64,000 nucleotides of DNA from a virus (IMGVR_UViG_3300045988_139474:1-64000); one strand, 5' to 3'. Positions 52,670 to 61,000 are shown, numbered from the stretch's first letter. The notes: generated by a model not told the origin, from the sequence alone. Program-made: numbers and translations.

Positions 52670-53330
52670 TGTGCTTGTAGAAGGCTTCATAGGCCTTGTA
52701 AACAGAATCAACGGTCACTTCGGATAACCCCTCAGCCAGACGCAAGGCTTGGGCGTTATCTTCAAGGCCGTTCACGAATTTGCGATATGTACCGTCATTG
52801 TAGCCGTTATTCTGGCGGAATCTGTTCAACGCATTCTTGACGACATATCGGGTGTACAACTCATCAAAACCCATTCCGATTCGTTGGCAAAGACGCAAAA
52901 ATTGCTTCACGGTATCGGGGCTTCGATTAATCATGGAATTGATGAACGGTGTAACATTCTTGTCGTATTCAGTATTGAGTTTGAGTGGCTTCTCTTCTAC
53001 ACCGTCAACCACAAATGCGATATGATGTCCCAACGGTCTCACGCGGTCTTCAAAGTCAAATTGCGCGGTCGGTCGGAATAACAACTCAGGCTCAATCAGG
53101 TCAGACAACAAGAAGTGCCAGATATCAACCAGTTCAGTCTTAGCATTCTCAATATCAATCTCCTGTTGCTTCCACCATTTGTAGCCTACTGATTCAAGGT
53201 ATTCACCTGTTTCAGCAATGATTGCATTAGCCCAAGAATTGCCCTTAGCATACCATTCTGCGCCCTGCGTTACAACATTGTTCTCGTGCTGCAATCGTAG
53301 CATCGTCAGCACTTTATTGAGTGTGTTCAT
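52647..53330 (-). CDS. all-alpha NTP pyrophosphohydrolase of the dimeric dUTPase family
   Basis: LQHENNVV...EWYAKGNSWANAIIAETGEYLESVGYKWWKQQ...ELVDIWHFLLS matches the dimeric dUTPase / dCTPase-type helical core. Confidence 0.7.
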   Translation of the reverse strand: MNTLNKVLTMLRLQHENNVVTQGAEWYAKGNSWANAIIAETGEYLESVGYKWWKQQEIDIENAKTELVDIWHFLLSDLIEPELLFRPTAQFDFEDRVRPLGHHIAFVVDGVEEKPLKLNTEYDKNVTPFINSMINRSPDTVKQFLRLCQRIGMGFDELYTRYVVKNALNRFRQNNGYNDGTYRKFVNGLEDNAQALRLAEGLSEVTVDSVYKAYEAFYKHNDGNAKD

Positions 53331-53345
53331 AGTTTTCCTTTCGGT

Positions 53346-54275
53346 CTATCGTTTATGCTTGATAAGTATTCGTTTGTAGATTTCTTTACCGCCAATCGTA
53401 ACAGCCATATCAATATCCTCCGCCCAACCTTTAGGACGGCCATGGTTGTTCGAACAGCCAATCACTTCAAATTGGTCGGGATTATGTTTGAGAAAGAATG
53501 TAATAGGTACACCCATCACGCCATCATAGTCATGCGGGATGTTAGCAACTTTAGATACCTCAATAGCATCATAGTTGTCGTACTTCGGATGAGTTTCAGG
53601 GCTGTAGGCTTGTTGAAGAACCAACTTCTCAGGCCGTTTAGCATGGTCTAGGTTAGTGAACCAACTAACATTGCCTAGACTTCGCCACTTTCGGCCTTCC
53701 TCATCTTGACGATAACGTGTTGCTTTCGGCTCGTAGTAATCAGGCACTAAGAACTCCATATCATTCTTATTCGCACCTGCCCACATCTTATTGTCTCGCA
53801 ACAATTGAAAGATTCCATTATATGCAAAGGCATTCTGGTTACCAATTATCAAGAACTTCTTGTTATATTCAACCAATTGCGCTACATATTCCCGAAACAG
53901 AGAAAATGGCGGATTGGTTACAACAATGTCCGCTTGTTTCAGCAACTCGACGCACTCATCGCTGCGAAAGTCTCCGTCACCTTTCAACGGCTCGATTACC
54001 GCATTGCCCTCACCCCAGTATTCCGCCCGAACACCGTGCTCAGAATTTTCAGTTTTGTAACCGCTCGCAATCAGCTTCTTCAAGCCCAGCTGTTTGAAGT
54101 TGTCGAAGAAGTAACGAAAGAAGTTGCTAGCATTCGGGTCATCGCAATTGCAGTAAACAACTTTGGCCTTGAAATGTTGTTTGTAATGCTGCAATTCCTT
54201 TTCAATATCCGACAGCTGAGTGTAAAATTCATCATTCTCGTTTACTTTGGCTGCGTTGAGGAATTTATTAGTCAT
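53346..54275 (-). CDS. N6-adenine DNA methyltransferase (EcoRI-methylase-like family)
   Basis: N-terminal NDEFYTQLSDIEKEL and catalytic motif IV VVTNPPFSLF. Confidence 0.8.
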   Translation of the reverse strand: MTNKFLNAAKVNENDEFYTQLSDIEKELQHYKQHFKAKVVYCNCDDPNASNFFRYFFDNFKQLGLKKLIASGYKTENSEHGVRAEYWGEGNAVIEPLKGDGDFRSDECVELLKQADIVVTNPPFSLFREYVAQLVEYNKKFLIIGNQNAFAYNGIFQLLRDNKMWAGANKNDMEFLVPDYYEPKATRYRQDEEGRKWRSLGNVSWFTNLDHAKRPEKLVLQQAYSPETHPKYDNYDAIEVSKVANIPHDYDGVMGVPITFFLKHNPDQFEVIGCSNNHGRPKGWAEDIDMAVTIGGKEIYKRILIKHKR

Positions 54276-54335
54276 ACCAAATCCCTTGTGTGTTCATAGT
54301 GGCTTCCTTTCTTGTTTCCTGCGGTTGTTCCGCTT

Positions 54336-54402
54336 CTCACAATACACAAAGAACGAAAGGGCGCAAAAGCGCATTTATTTTAAAATATTTTCGATTTTTC
54401 TA
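54336..54402 (-). promoter_or_regulatory. class II promoter-like repeat
   Basis: AAATGCGCTTTTGCGCCCTTTCGTTCTTTGTGTATTGTGAG (TTGCGC-16-TATTGT), upstream of the methyltransferase gene. Confidence 0.45.
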
Positions 54403-54467
54403 TAAGTCGTTGTTTTGCTTAAGAAGAAAGTTTATTCAGGCTTCAGTCTCTGCTCTTGACTGAACCC

Positions 54468-54535
54468 ACTCACAATACACAAAGCACCGTGAGATGAAAA
54501 AGCGCATTTAGCGGAAAATATTTTTCGATTTTCTT
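54468..54535 (-). promoter_or_regulatory. class II promoter-like repeat
   Basis: AAATGCGCTTTTTCATCTCACGGTGCTTTGTGTATTGTGAG. Second copy, 130 nt upstream of the first. Confidence 0.45.
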
Positions 54536-54590
54536 GCAGCATTTTCGGAGCGGTCGGAGGGCTGGGTAGAGGGGACAGCATGCACTGCTA

Positions 54591-54765
54591 ATTTGCAATA
54601 TGAATCTTGTAACGGTTGGGATTCCGTACATAAAGACAAGATTTTGACTAAAAATTTCCTTGCGAAAACAATCGACTATCCACGAAATATACGATTTCAA
54701 TGTCATAGATGTGATACACAATATACACACAAGTATTATATATCTAATAATTAATAAAACAGACA
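54591..54765 (+). repeat. ~170-bp repeat unit U1 (plus orientation)
   Basis: TTGCAATATGAATCTTGTAACGGTTGGGATTCCGTACATAAAG..GATTTTGACTAAAAATTTCC..CTATCCACGAAATATACGATTTCAATGTCATAGATGTGATAC, then AT-rich TATTATATATCTAAT. Confidence 0.85.
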
Positions 54766-54968
54766 CTCACCCCAATATCCGTGAGACTGCTACAGCCATG
54801 AGAGTGAAATCAGTCATTCATCCTTCTGCTGAGTCTCTCTTCTTACAATCATGAGCCCAAGCAAGGATTCCTCCGACCGAAAACAAGCATACACTGAGAT
54901 TGAAACAAGGACTGTTCTGCTTGCGTTGTGATGATTGAGCAAGCTAGAACTGAAACCAGTCAAGCAGT
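54766..54968 (+). ncRNA. candidate non-coding transcript L1 downstream of U1
   Basis: No credible ORF. Shares blocks (ACAGCCATGAG, CATCCTTCTGCTGA, GACTGTTCTGC.TGCGT, CTCCGACCG) with the minus-strand leaders downstream of U4 and U5. Confidence 0.3.
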
Positions 54969-55170
54969 CATGAATCTTGAGGCGTGAGCTACTGATTTGA
55001 AAACTGAAGCCTGTAGGGAACAGGAATCGGAACATAAATACAGGATTTTGGCTAAAAATTTCCCTGATTTATTAGAAACTTATCCACGAAATATACGATT
55101 TCAATGTCATAGATGTGATACAAATAGATAACACACAAGTATATATAGATTATAGAAAGAAAACAGACAC
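54969..55170 (+). repeat. ~170-bp repeat unit U2 (plus orientation)
   Basis: ..GGAATCGGAACATAAATACAGGATTTTGGCTAAAAATTTCCCTGATTTATTAGAAACTTATCCACGAAATATACGATTTCAATGTCATAGATGTGATAC, then TATATATAGATTAT. Confidence 0.85.
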
Positions 55171-55310
55171 TGATATTCTTCTGCTGCACACTCACTCAAC
55201 TAAGGAATCAGACGGCCTAAAGACTGAAATCAATCATCATGAAAGATTCTTCTCAATCCTGCTGAAGCATGAAAACAGCCCTGCTGTGTTACCAGAGGGC
55301 TGATGTTTTC
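55171..55310 (+). ncRNA. candidate ~140-nt non-coding transcript L2 downstream of U2
   Basis: Runs from the AT-rich end of U2 to the terminator hairpin 55276-55302. Only a motif-less 62-codon ORF overlaps it. Confidence 0.3.
55271..55310. terminator. bidirectional terminator hairpin
   Basis: CAGCCCT (55276-82) pairs with AGGGCTG (55296-302). A T-run follows on both strands (plus ATGTTTTCGG; minus TTTTCATGC). It lies between convergent units. Confidence 0.6.
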
Positions 55311-55444
55311 GGCCTGATTAAAATTAAGCCAAAATTCCGCGAAAATTAGCTGGGTCGGGATTCTGCCCAAGTCGTTTACCATTCAAGGTCGCTAAAATCG
55401 AAACTAGACTGCTCTGCGCTTGAATACGGCTGTGAAGCTTAAAA

Positions 55445-55951
55445 TTAGCGACTTAAGAATTCTCTGCTGGAGGCCTGTTTGGCTTCGTCTAGCAACTTGT
55501 ACGCCAATTTTCGGCCTGCTGTACTAATGGCCAGCTTGACGGTCGGTGCGAGATTGGGTTCATATGCTCCGTCCATAGTCTTGATGTAGCAGATTCTGAA
55601 ATTCAACTGTTGATTAGCAGCTGTCTGTCTCAAGATACTTTCAAATGCTGGCGGGGTCATGATTTCATACACCGACAAGACGATTGACCGCAACAACTCT
55701 GCATTCGTCTCATCCAGCCGTACATTCAACAATTCCTGGGGCAACTGGATGTATCTGTCCAAGTCCAGCGGTCGGATACCGCAGGGGATGTTAATCAGAT
55801 TGCTTTCAGGCAACAGCTTGTTGTATTCCTCAATTGATGAAAACAGCTTGGCGGATAGCCTGTTCTGCCAATAGCGTGATGATTTCATGTAGTGCAGCTG
55901 CTCTTCTGAAAGCTCAGCCCATTGTTCCTTGACGGGTCTCAATAACGTCAT
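55445..55951 (-). CDS. hypothetical protein
   Basis: 168-aa ORF. Last gene before the bidirectional terminator 55271..55310. Confidence 0.7.
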   Translation of the reverse strand: MTLLRPVKEQWAELSEEQLHYMKSSRYWQNRLSAKLFSSIEEYNKLLPESNLINIPCGIRPLDLDRYIQLPQELLNVRLDETNAELLRSIVLSVYEIMTPPAFESILRQTAANQQLNFRICYIKTMDGAYEPNLAPTVKLAISTAGRKLAYKLLDEAKQASSREFLSR

Positions 55952-56253
55952 GATTCCTCCCTCCCAAAATTGGGGTGACGCAATCTTCTTGGGACATTGT
56001 ATCTCGGAGCAAACTGAGGGTCACCAACAGCAACAGCCGTCCAGTATCCGTTGCGCTGAACTATCTGGTATTTGCAACCTAGCTCAACATCGCCAAATCG
56101 GCCAGCTAGAAACTCGAATAGCAACTGGTGAGCTTTAGTCATAGCTTGAGGTGTCGTAACGTTAGGAACAGCCGATATAGCCCGATAGCCGTCAAGTAGC
56201 TTGACTTCTGTATCGGGGTCTATCTCAACCGTCATAATCTCGTGAAACAGCAT
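55948..56253 (-). CDS. hypothetical protein
   Basis: Start moved to ATG 56253 (MLFHEIMTVE; SD AAGGAG). Confidence 0.65.
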   Translation of the reverse strand: MLFHEIMTVEIDPDTEVKLLDGYRAISAVPNVTTPQAMTKAHQLLFEFLAGRFGDVELGCKYQIVQRNGYWTAVAVGDPQFAPRYNVPRRLRHPNFGREES

Positions 56254-56263
56254 GTACGACTCC

Positions 56264-56428
56264 TTACTGGCGGTTGTGTTGTTTCCATAGTGCAAACATA
56301 TCATCCCATGAACCTAATTCCATGAGCAATACGCTGAATTCAACTGGCTTACCGTCAATCAGGTACATGCCAGGACATGTTCTGTTCAGGTGTTCGTTGA
56401 ATTGGGTTGTTTGATTTGCGTTCATCAT
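56264..56428 (-). CDS. hypothetical small protein (54 aa)
   Basis: Hand-translated MMNANQTTQFNEHLNRTCPGMYLIDGKPVEFSVLLMELGSWDDMFALWKQHNRQ. ATGA overlap with the upstream stop. Confidence 0.45.
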   Translation of the reverse strand: MMNANQTTQFNEHLNRTCPGMYLIDGKPVEFSVLLMELGSWDDMFALWKQHNRQ

Positions 56429-56880
56429 TTGCCTCCTAAAGATTGAATGGCCTGGTTGAAGTCGATAGCTAGCTGTACGGCCTTAACAACTAGCTCCTTG
56501 TTAGTCATCCTGCTGTACTCACCTGAGGTAACCATGCTATTGAGCAAGACATTAGCCCTTGACTCAACAGACTTGTCAGACGGTAGGATAGCGGTATTGT
56601 AATCAATCTGACTAGCAGCCCAGATAGTCTCAATCTGAGCATGCTTGAAAGAGATAGGCTGGCCTGAATAGCTCTTGCCTGTCTTCTCACGAATCTTGAA
56701 GACACCATAGCAGTAGCAATCATCAATGCTAATCTGATTGACGGCCAGTATGCAGTCTGAACCTGCTAACTGGACGAAGAACCATGCACCGTGACTACAA
56801 GTCATATACTTCCAAGTGCTGAAATCTCTGGCTGCTGTTCCCTCGTCTGGGACAGTCGTGATTCTGTTAACAACTTGCAT
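56425..56880 (-). CDS. hypothetical protein
   Basis: 151-aa ORF in a tight operon. Confidence 0.7.
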   Translation of the reverse strand: MQVVNRITTVPDEGTAARDFSTWKYMTCSHGAWFFVQLAGSDCILAVNQISIDDCYCYGVFKIREKTGKSYSGQPISFKHAQIETIWAASQIDYNTAILPSDKSVESRANVLLNSMVTSGEYSRMTNKELVVKAVQLAIDFNQAIQSLGGK

Positions 56881-56881
56881 T

Positions 56882-57130
56882 TCAGCCTCCTTTCGTCCAG
56901 TTATCCTGTTCTGGATGATATGGAATCTTTTTCCTGAGCGGGCCAGGGGCAGTAGGTTGAGTTGACTTACGCGGCAACTGCTTAACCACTAGGCCAAGAT
57001 GCTTCTGCATTTTATGCATCTGCTCATACAACTCGTCAATTTCCTGACGTTGCTCTCTTACTTGACGGCGCAAGCTTCTCAGCTCAATATCTATCGACTT
57101 CAGGTCAAATTCTAATTCTGACTGTTTCAT
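56882..57130 (-). CDS. small coiled-coil protein
   Basis: Start moved to ATG 57130 (MKQSELEFDL). Heptad-rich, Arg/Gln-rich helix. Confidence 0.6.
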   Translation of the reverse strand: MKQSELEFDLKSIDIELRSLRRQVREQRQEIDELYEQMHKMQKHLGLVVKQLPRKSTQPTAPGPLRKKIPYHPEQDNWTKGG

Positions 57131-57144
57131 CTTCAGCCTACCTT

Positions 57145-58641
57145 TCAATTAACGCGTTCGTGTATCGTCTTGAATTTTACAATCAGCCCATTATCGGCCT
57201 TGAAATGTCTCGGCTTAATCCATGTCATAGCAGCTGTAGCCAAATTATTGAACAGCAGAATCTCCATGACTACCTTGCCTAGCTCTAGTGTCGCTAAAGC
57301 AAACTGTTTGTCTTTCTCACGCTTCATCTCAATCAGATGAAAGGTCTTTTCGGCCTTTAGCTCTTCATAAATCTCATGCTGCAACTTAGTGCCTGGAACT
57401 TTCGGAGTGCGTTGCAAGGCTTCTTTCAAGTATGATTGAGTCGGTAATGTCGCATAGCCCTCAACCGTGATATTGACACTCGGCACTTCGATATATGGCT
57501 GAGGCTCTGCAAAAGGCTCAGAAACCGTTTTTGGCTTATAGAAGCCGTTAGCGTCAACGCCGTATCCCGACAACTCATAGTATGGCGAAGGCGTTTTGAG
57601 CTTATCCTCGTCTCGTTTTGACAGGATAAATCGGATTACTTCCAATTCTGCTTTTAGTCGGTAGGCGTTCATATAAACCGCTTTGATACCGTCAAAATCA
57701 TTCGGCTTCAAGTCTTCTTGACTGACGATATCAAGCCCGCACAGAGGGATATGTACTTCATCATCACGCACCTTGTACACATACCCATTCTCATCCAGAT
57801 AAGGCAGCAATTCCTTGCTTGTAACCAATGTCGGCATATTCAGTTTGCCGTCTCGGATAATCGACAGATTGCGATAAACACGGACAACATGTTTCTTGCC
57901 GTTAGGTTGAGTAAGGATAGCGTCAGCTGCATACATCAGATTGAGGTTAGCGCGTGAACGATTCGGCACGATTTCAACACGGTACAGTTTGTCTCGGACA
58001 ATATCAACTGTTTCACCCTGCCAGTCGGTCGTTTCGGCCTTAGCTCGCTGAGTTATCACTTTTGACTTGTAGGGGTTCACCAATGCCTTATGCTCAATAA
58101 TAGCAGCCATGAGGTTCATGAGTGTCTTCTTGTTTGAGTAAGCCAGCACTTTATCTTCGCAAGGCTTTTCGGCTTCCTCTTCGCTTTGAGTATCACCCAA
58201 GATAGCTTCAATCGCCTTATCGGGATTCTGCAATGCTTCTGAGCTCAACACGAAATTAGCTAAGTCTTTGCGACGCAGATTGTAGGCGCAAACATTAGCA
58301 GCTGAAACAGGTCTGCGTTTGAAGATAGCAACAGCAATCTTACGGATGACGCTATCAGGCACATCTTTACAATTCATGTAAACAGCTTCAGGCGCACCCA
58401 ACAGGCTTGAGAAAGACTTGCCCTTGTAATTGCGACTGCGGTATTGACGCGGAATCAGAAACAATTTGGCAGTATCTGACTGAGCCAAGTCTTTGAGGTC
58501 AGTAGCAAATTCCATTTCATCTAGGTCAATGCCTGAAATGCTACTGTCTGTTGTTTGCAGTTTGAATCGGGTATCAGCATCCATTAGGACAGCTTCAAAC
58601 CGTACACCTGAAAGCTGTATCAGGAAGAGTGTTGGGTTCAT
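57145..58641 (-). CDS. hypothetical protein (498 aa)
   Basis: Long ORF behind class I promoter 58672..58703. No recognisable motif. Confidence 0.75.
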   Translation of the reverse strand: MNPTLFLIQLSGVRFEAVLMDADTRFKLQTTDSSISGIDLDEMEFATDLKDLAQSDTAKLFLIPRQYRSRNYKGKSFSSLLGAPEAVYMNCKDVPDSVIRKIAVAIFKRRPVSAANVCAYNLRRKDLANFVLSSEALQNPDKAIEAILGDTQSEEEAEKPCEDKVLAYSNKKTLMNLMAAIIEHKALVNPYKSKVITQRAKAETTDWQGETVDIVRDKLYRVEIVPNRSRANLNLMYAADAILTQPNGKKHVVRVYRNLSIIRDGKLNMPTLVTSKELLPYLDENGYVYKVRDDEVHIPLCGLDIVSQEDLKPNDFDGIKAVYMNAYRLKAELEVIRFILSKRDEDKLKTPSPYYELSGYGVDANGFYKPKTVSEPFAEPQPYIEVPSVNITVEGYATLPTQSYLKEALQRTPKVPGTKLQHEIYEELKAEKTFHLIEMKREKDKQFALATLELGKVVMEILLFNNLATAAMTWIKPRHFKADNGLIVKFKTIHERVN

Positions 58642-58671
58642 AATTCATCACCTATCTGTCGGGTTGTAGGT

Positions 58672-58703
58672 TGTTATCTTTCAACAGCCAGTGGTAATTT
58701 TTA
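58672..58703 (-). promoter_or_regulatory. class I-like promoter motif (degenerate)
   Basis: TAAAAATTACCACTGGCTGTTGAAAGATAACAAC, upstream of 57145..58641. Confidence 0.4.
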
Positions 58704-58979
58704 AATCAGTCGTTGTTGTCCTGCTTTCAAGTACCAAGTCAGTACTCCTGCAGACACGCAGAGGAAAGACTCAACGGCTCGTTGTTTTGAGAGTGTAGCG
58801 AAGTTAGCAGGGTCGCAGAACATGATTTCAGGCTCATCTGCCTCAGGGTATTTCAGCTTCACAAGAAACAAGTTATCCTCAAGTTCATGTTCAGAAAAGA
58901 CTTCAGTCATTTCAGGTAATGTTTGCTCAACCATCAATTGATGTTTGAAGCGTGGTAGCAGTGTATTGTTCATTCGCAT
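58701..58979 (-). CDS. hypothetical protein
   Basis: 92-aa ORF behind class I promoter 59012..59042 and repeat unit U3. Confidence 0.65.
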   Translation of the reverse strand: MRMNNTLLPRFKHQLMVEQTLPEMTEVFSEHELEDNLFLVKLKYPEADEPEIMFCDPANFATLSKQRAVESFLCVSAGVLTWYLKAGQQRLI

Positions 58980-59011
58980 GTTTGTTATTTCCTTGTCTGG
59001 TTATTCATGAT

Positions 59012-59042
59012 TTATAGTCTCAGCAACCAATTATAATTTTTA
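59012..59042 (-). promoter_or_regulatory. class I phage promoter motif (variant)
   Basis: TAAAAATTATAATTGGTTGCTGAGACTATAAATC, upstream of 58701..58979. Confidence 0.55.
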
Positions 59043-59169
59043 TCAGCCCTGTCAGCACAGGGTTCAGTCGGTCGGATAGCTGAGGATTGAGATTTCAGTT
59101 TCATGGCTGTTAGTCGATTAAGTGGTGATTGAGGTCTGATTGTGAGGGCTGAGGAATGATTGTTTTCCG

Positions 59170-59335
59170 TCTAGTTAATATAATATAGAACGTTGTATTT
59201 GGGTTTGGTATCACATCTATGAGTTTGGAATTGGATATTTCGTTGATAACTCGTTGAAATAAAGCAGGAATTTTTAGCCAAAATCTTGGTTTTATGTACG
59301 GAATCCCAACTATTACAAGATTCAGTTTCCAATTC
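59170..59335 (-). repeat. ~170-bp repeat unit U3 (minus orientation, most diverged)
   Basis: The reverse complement aligns with U1/U2: ..GAATCTTGTAATAGTTGGGATTCCGTACATAAAACCAAGATTTTGGCTAAAAATTCC..TTATCAACGAAATATCCAATTCCAAACTCATAGATGTGATAC. Confidence 0.8.
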
Positions 59336-59350
59336 CTGCTATTGCGTTGC

Positions 59351-60169
59351 TTAAAGCTCTGAATTAGTCATGCTTGAGTCGATGTAATTCAGCACAGGCC
59401 GTCTCAGCTTCTCACTCACTGTACCAGAAGTCATCTCAGCTTGCTGTCCTGGTACAGGCTTGTCGCTTGAGGGCTTCTTGTAGTTGCGTTTGTTCTTCTG
59501 AGCTCGTTTGAACTCTTCCTTATCAATCCCTAGCTTCTTCTGCAAGTCCTCTTGAACTTCACCCCATGTAAGGGACTTACCCTCAGCCAGATAGCCGTCA
59601 TAGATTTTAGCATAAGTCTTAGACAGGCCTAAAGCAGGGTCAGACACTTTGATTTCTCGCAACAGTTTATCCTTGTCAACCAGGCCTGCTTTCATGTAGG
59701 TTACGAAGTCTGTCTGTGATTGAAGCTTCTGAGGAGCAGCAACCAGCCACATGAGTGCAAGGTCTAATGGCTGAGCAACTGGGACTTTGACTCCAAACAT
59801 CATGCGCGGTTTAGCTCGGTGAACGGCTGAGGCGTAAGGGTCAAAGCCGATATTGAACAGCAGGTCATAAGTCTTAGTCTTACCACCGCCTTGAGCAGCT
59901 TTCATCTGATACTGCCCAGCACCTACTTCCTTGAAGTCAAATTCGTCTGCTAAGGCTTCCATGACTTCATCTTCGTCTGAGATGACTAGCAAGTCTAGGT
60001 CTTGAGTTGCTCTCGGTTTGGGTGCATATTCGTTGTAGGCTAATCCACCCACGATACAGTACTCAAAGTCATTCTCAGTCATGACTGCTATCAGTCGCTT
60101 GAACTGGGACTTGAAGTCTTTGTAGCCTAATGCTTCATATGCTTTGAGTAGCTCGGCACTTCTGGACAT
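59351..60169 (-). CDS. AbiEii-like nucleotidyltransferase-fold protein with basic C-terminal tail
   Basis: CIVGGLAYNEYAPKPRATQDLDLLVI fits the same GG.A...R.T.D.D signature as 28463..29140. Lys-rich tail (KRAQKNKRNYKKPSSDK). Confidence 0.55.
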   Translation of the reverse strand: MSRSAELLKAYEALGYKDFKSQFKRLIAVMTENDFEYCIVGGLAYNEYAPKPRATQDLDLLVISDEDEVMEALADEFDFKEVGAGQYQMKAAQGGGKTKTYDLLFNIGFDPYASAVHRAKPRMMFGVKVPVAQPLDLALMWLVAAPQKLQSQTDFVTYMKAGLVDKDKLLREIKVSDPALGLSKTYAKIYDGYLAEGKSLTWGEVQEDLQKKLGIDKEEFKRAQKNKRNYKKPSSDKPVPGQQAEMTSGTVSEKLRRPVLNYIDSSMTNSEL

Positions 60170-60256
60170 ACATTTCCTTTCAATTTTGAAAACTGGCTAA
60201 AATCGCCAAAATTAACGCGGTTAGAACGCTGCTTGGGCGAATGCTTGCTCAACTCG

Positions 60257-60640
60257 TTAAAAGTTGCTCTCGGTCGCTGCTAGGCCGTCTATTACGCGTT
60301 TGCGGTAAATCCTCATCACTCGGTCTTGAACAACGTCTCCGTGACAGGGATGAGGGCTACACCAGCAGAAAAGTCGGATATCATAGCCTTTCAGCAATTC
60401 TTCAACTAATCTACTGATAATCTTGTATTCTCTTGATTGGGTATCAGCCAGCTGCTTATCAAGATATTCAGCATACAAAGGGATACACTTGCCTCTTCCA
60501 TGTTCTTCAACAGTGAAAGGATTTCCTAAGCCTAATGCTTCATAAGGCGGTGTTGAGCCCCTTCCTATGTAATACTGTTTAACTTGAGGATTCTGGTCGT
60601 AGCTCATCTTGCGGATATTTTCAACTGTAATCCTGCTCAT
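60257..60640 (-). CDS. DUF4326-like protein
   Basis: YYIGRGS...LGNPF...YAEYL...RLFCWCSPHPCHGDVV fits the DUF4326 pattern (YvGR...GNPf...L.C.C.p..CHgdvl). Confidence 0.6.
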   Translation of the reverse strand: MSRITVENIRKMSYDQNPQVKQYYIGRGSTPPYEALGLGNPFTVEEHGRGKCIPLYAEYLDKQLADTQSREYKIISRLVEELLKGYDIRLFCWCSPHPCHGDVVQDRVMRIYRKRVIDGLAATESNF

Positions 60641-60659
60641 ATTGTCCCTCCTTGAGTCT

Positions 60660-60689
60660 TGATATCTGTTCAGCCAATTCTAATTTTTC
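60660..60689 (-). promoter_or_regulatory. class I phage promoter motif (variant)
   Basis: GAAAAATTAGAATTGGCTGAACAGATATCAAG, upstream of 60257..60640. Confidence 0.55.
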
Positions 60690-60905
60690 AGTCAGTTCAG
60701 TCTCAGGTTTCGTGTTAACATGACTGATTGAGAGCTCAGTCAGCAGAAGGATGTATGATTGTTTTCATCTCTAGGCTGACCAATCATCAGTCAGCCAGAC
60801 GGTCTAAGCTAGGGATTTTCGGCTCATGACTGTTAGTTTCCTTGTTCTTCTGATTCTAGCCTGCTACTCACACACGCAGGCAGAACAGTCTCATGTTTTT
60901 CATTC

Positions 60906-61000
60906 TCATGGTTTGAGATTCTGTTTTCAATTTCATGATTTCAGCCTCATGGCTTGAGATTCTGTTTTCAATTTCATGATTTCAGTCTCATGGCTGTTTG
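60906..61000. repeat. 41-nt direct tandem repeat, ~2.3 copies
   Basis: TCATGG(T/C)TTGAGATTCTGTTTTCAATTTCATGATTTCAG(C/T)C at 60906-60946 and 60947-60987. A partial third copy starts at 60988. Confidence 0.85.

Noticed and set aside
54470-55303. ORFs 54470..54766(-), 54660..54854(+), 54814..55035(-) and 55115..55303(+), and in the other arm 61032..61229(-) and 61096..61371(+).
   Set aside because: They run straight through the U repeat units. The same repeat would then be read in different frames and on both strands in different copies. They have no RBS and no conservation of the reading frame between copies. This DNA is treated as non-coding.
41248-58641. Looked for an RNAP beta (RpoB-like) partner among the large unassigned ORFs (41248..42444, 57145..58641, 30550..31227, 34226..34891).
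   Set aside because: None shows the conserved beta blocks (for example the GDK..RHGNKG or NMQRQA-type motifs) by eye. A very divergent beta cannot be excluded without profile searches.
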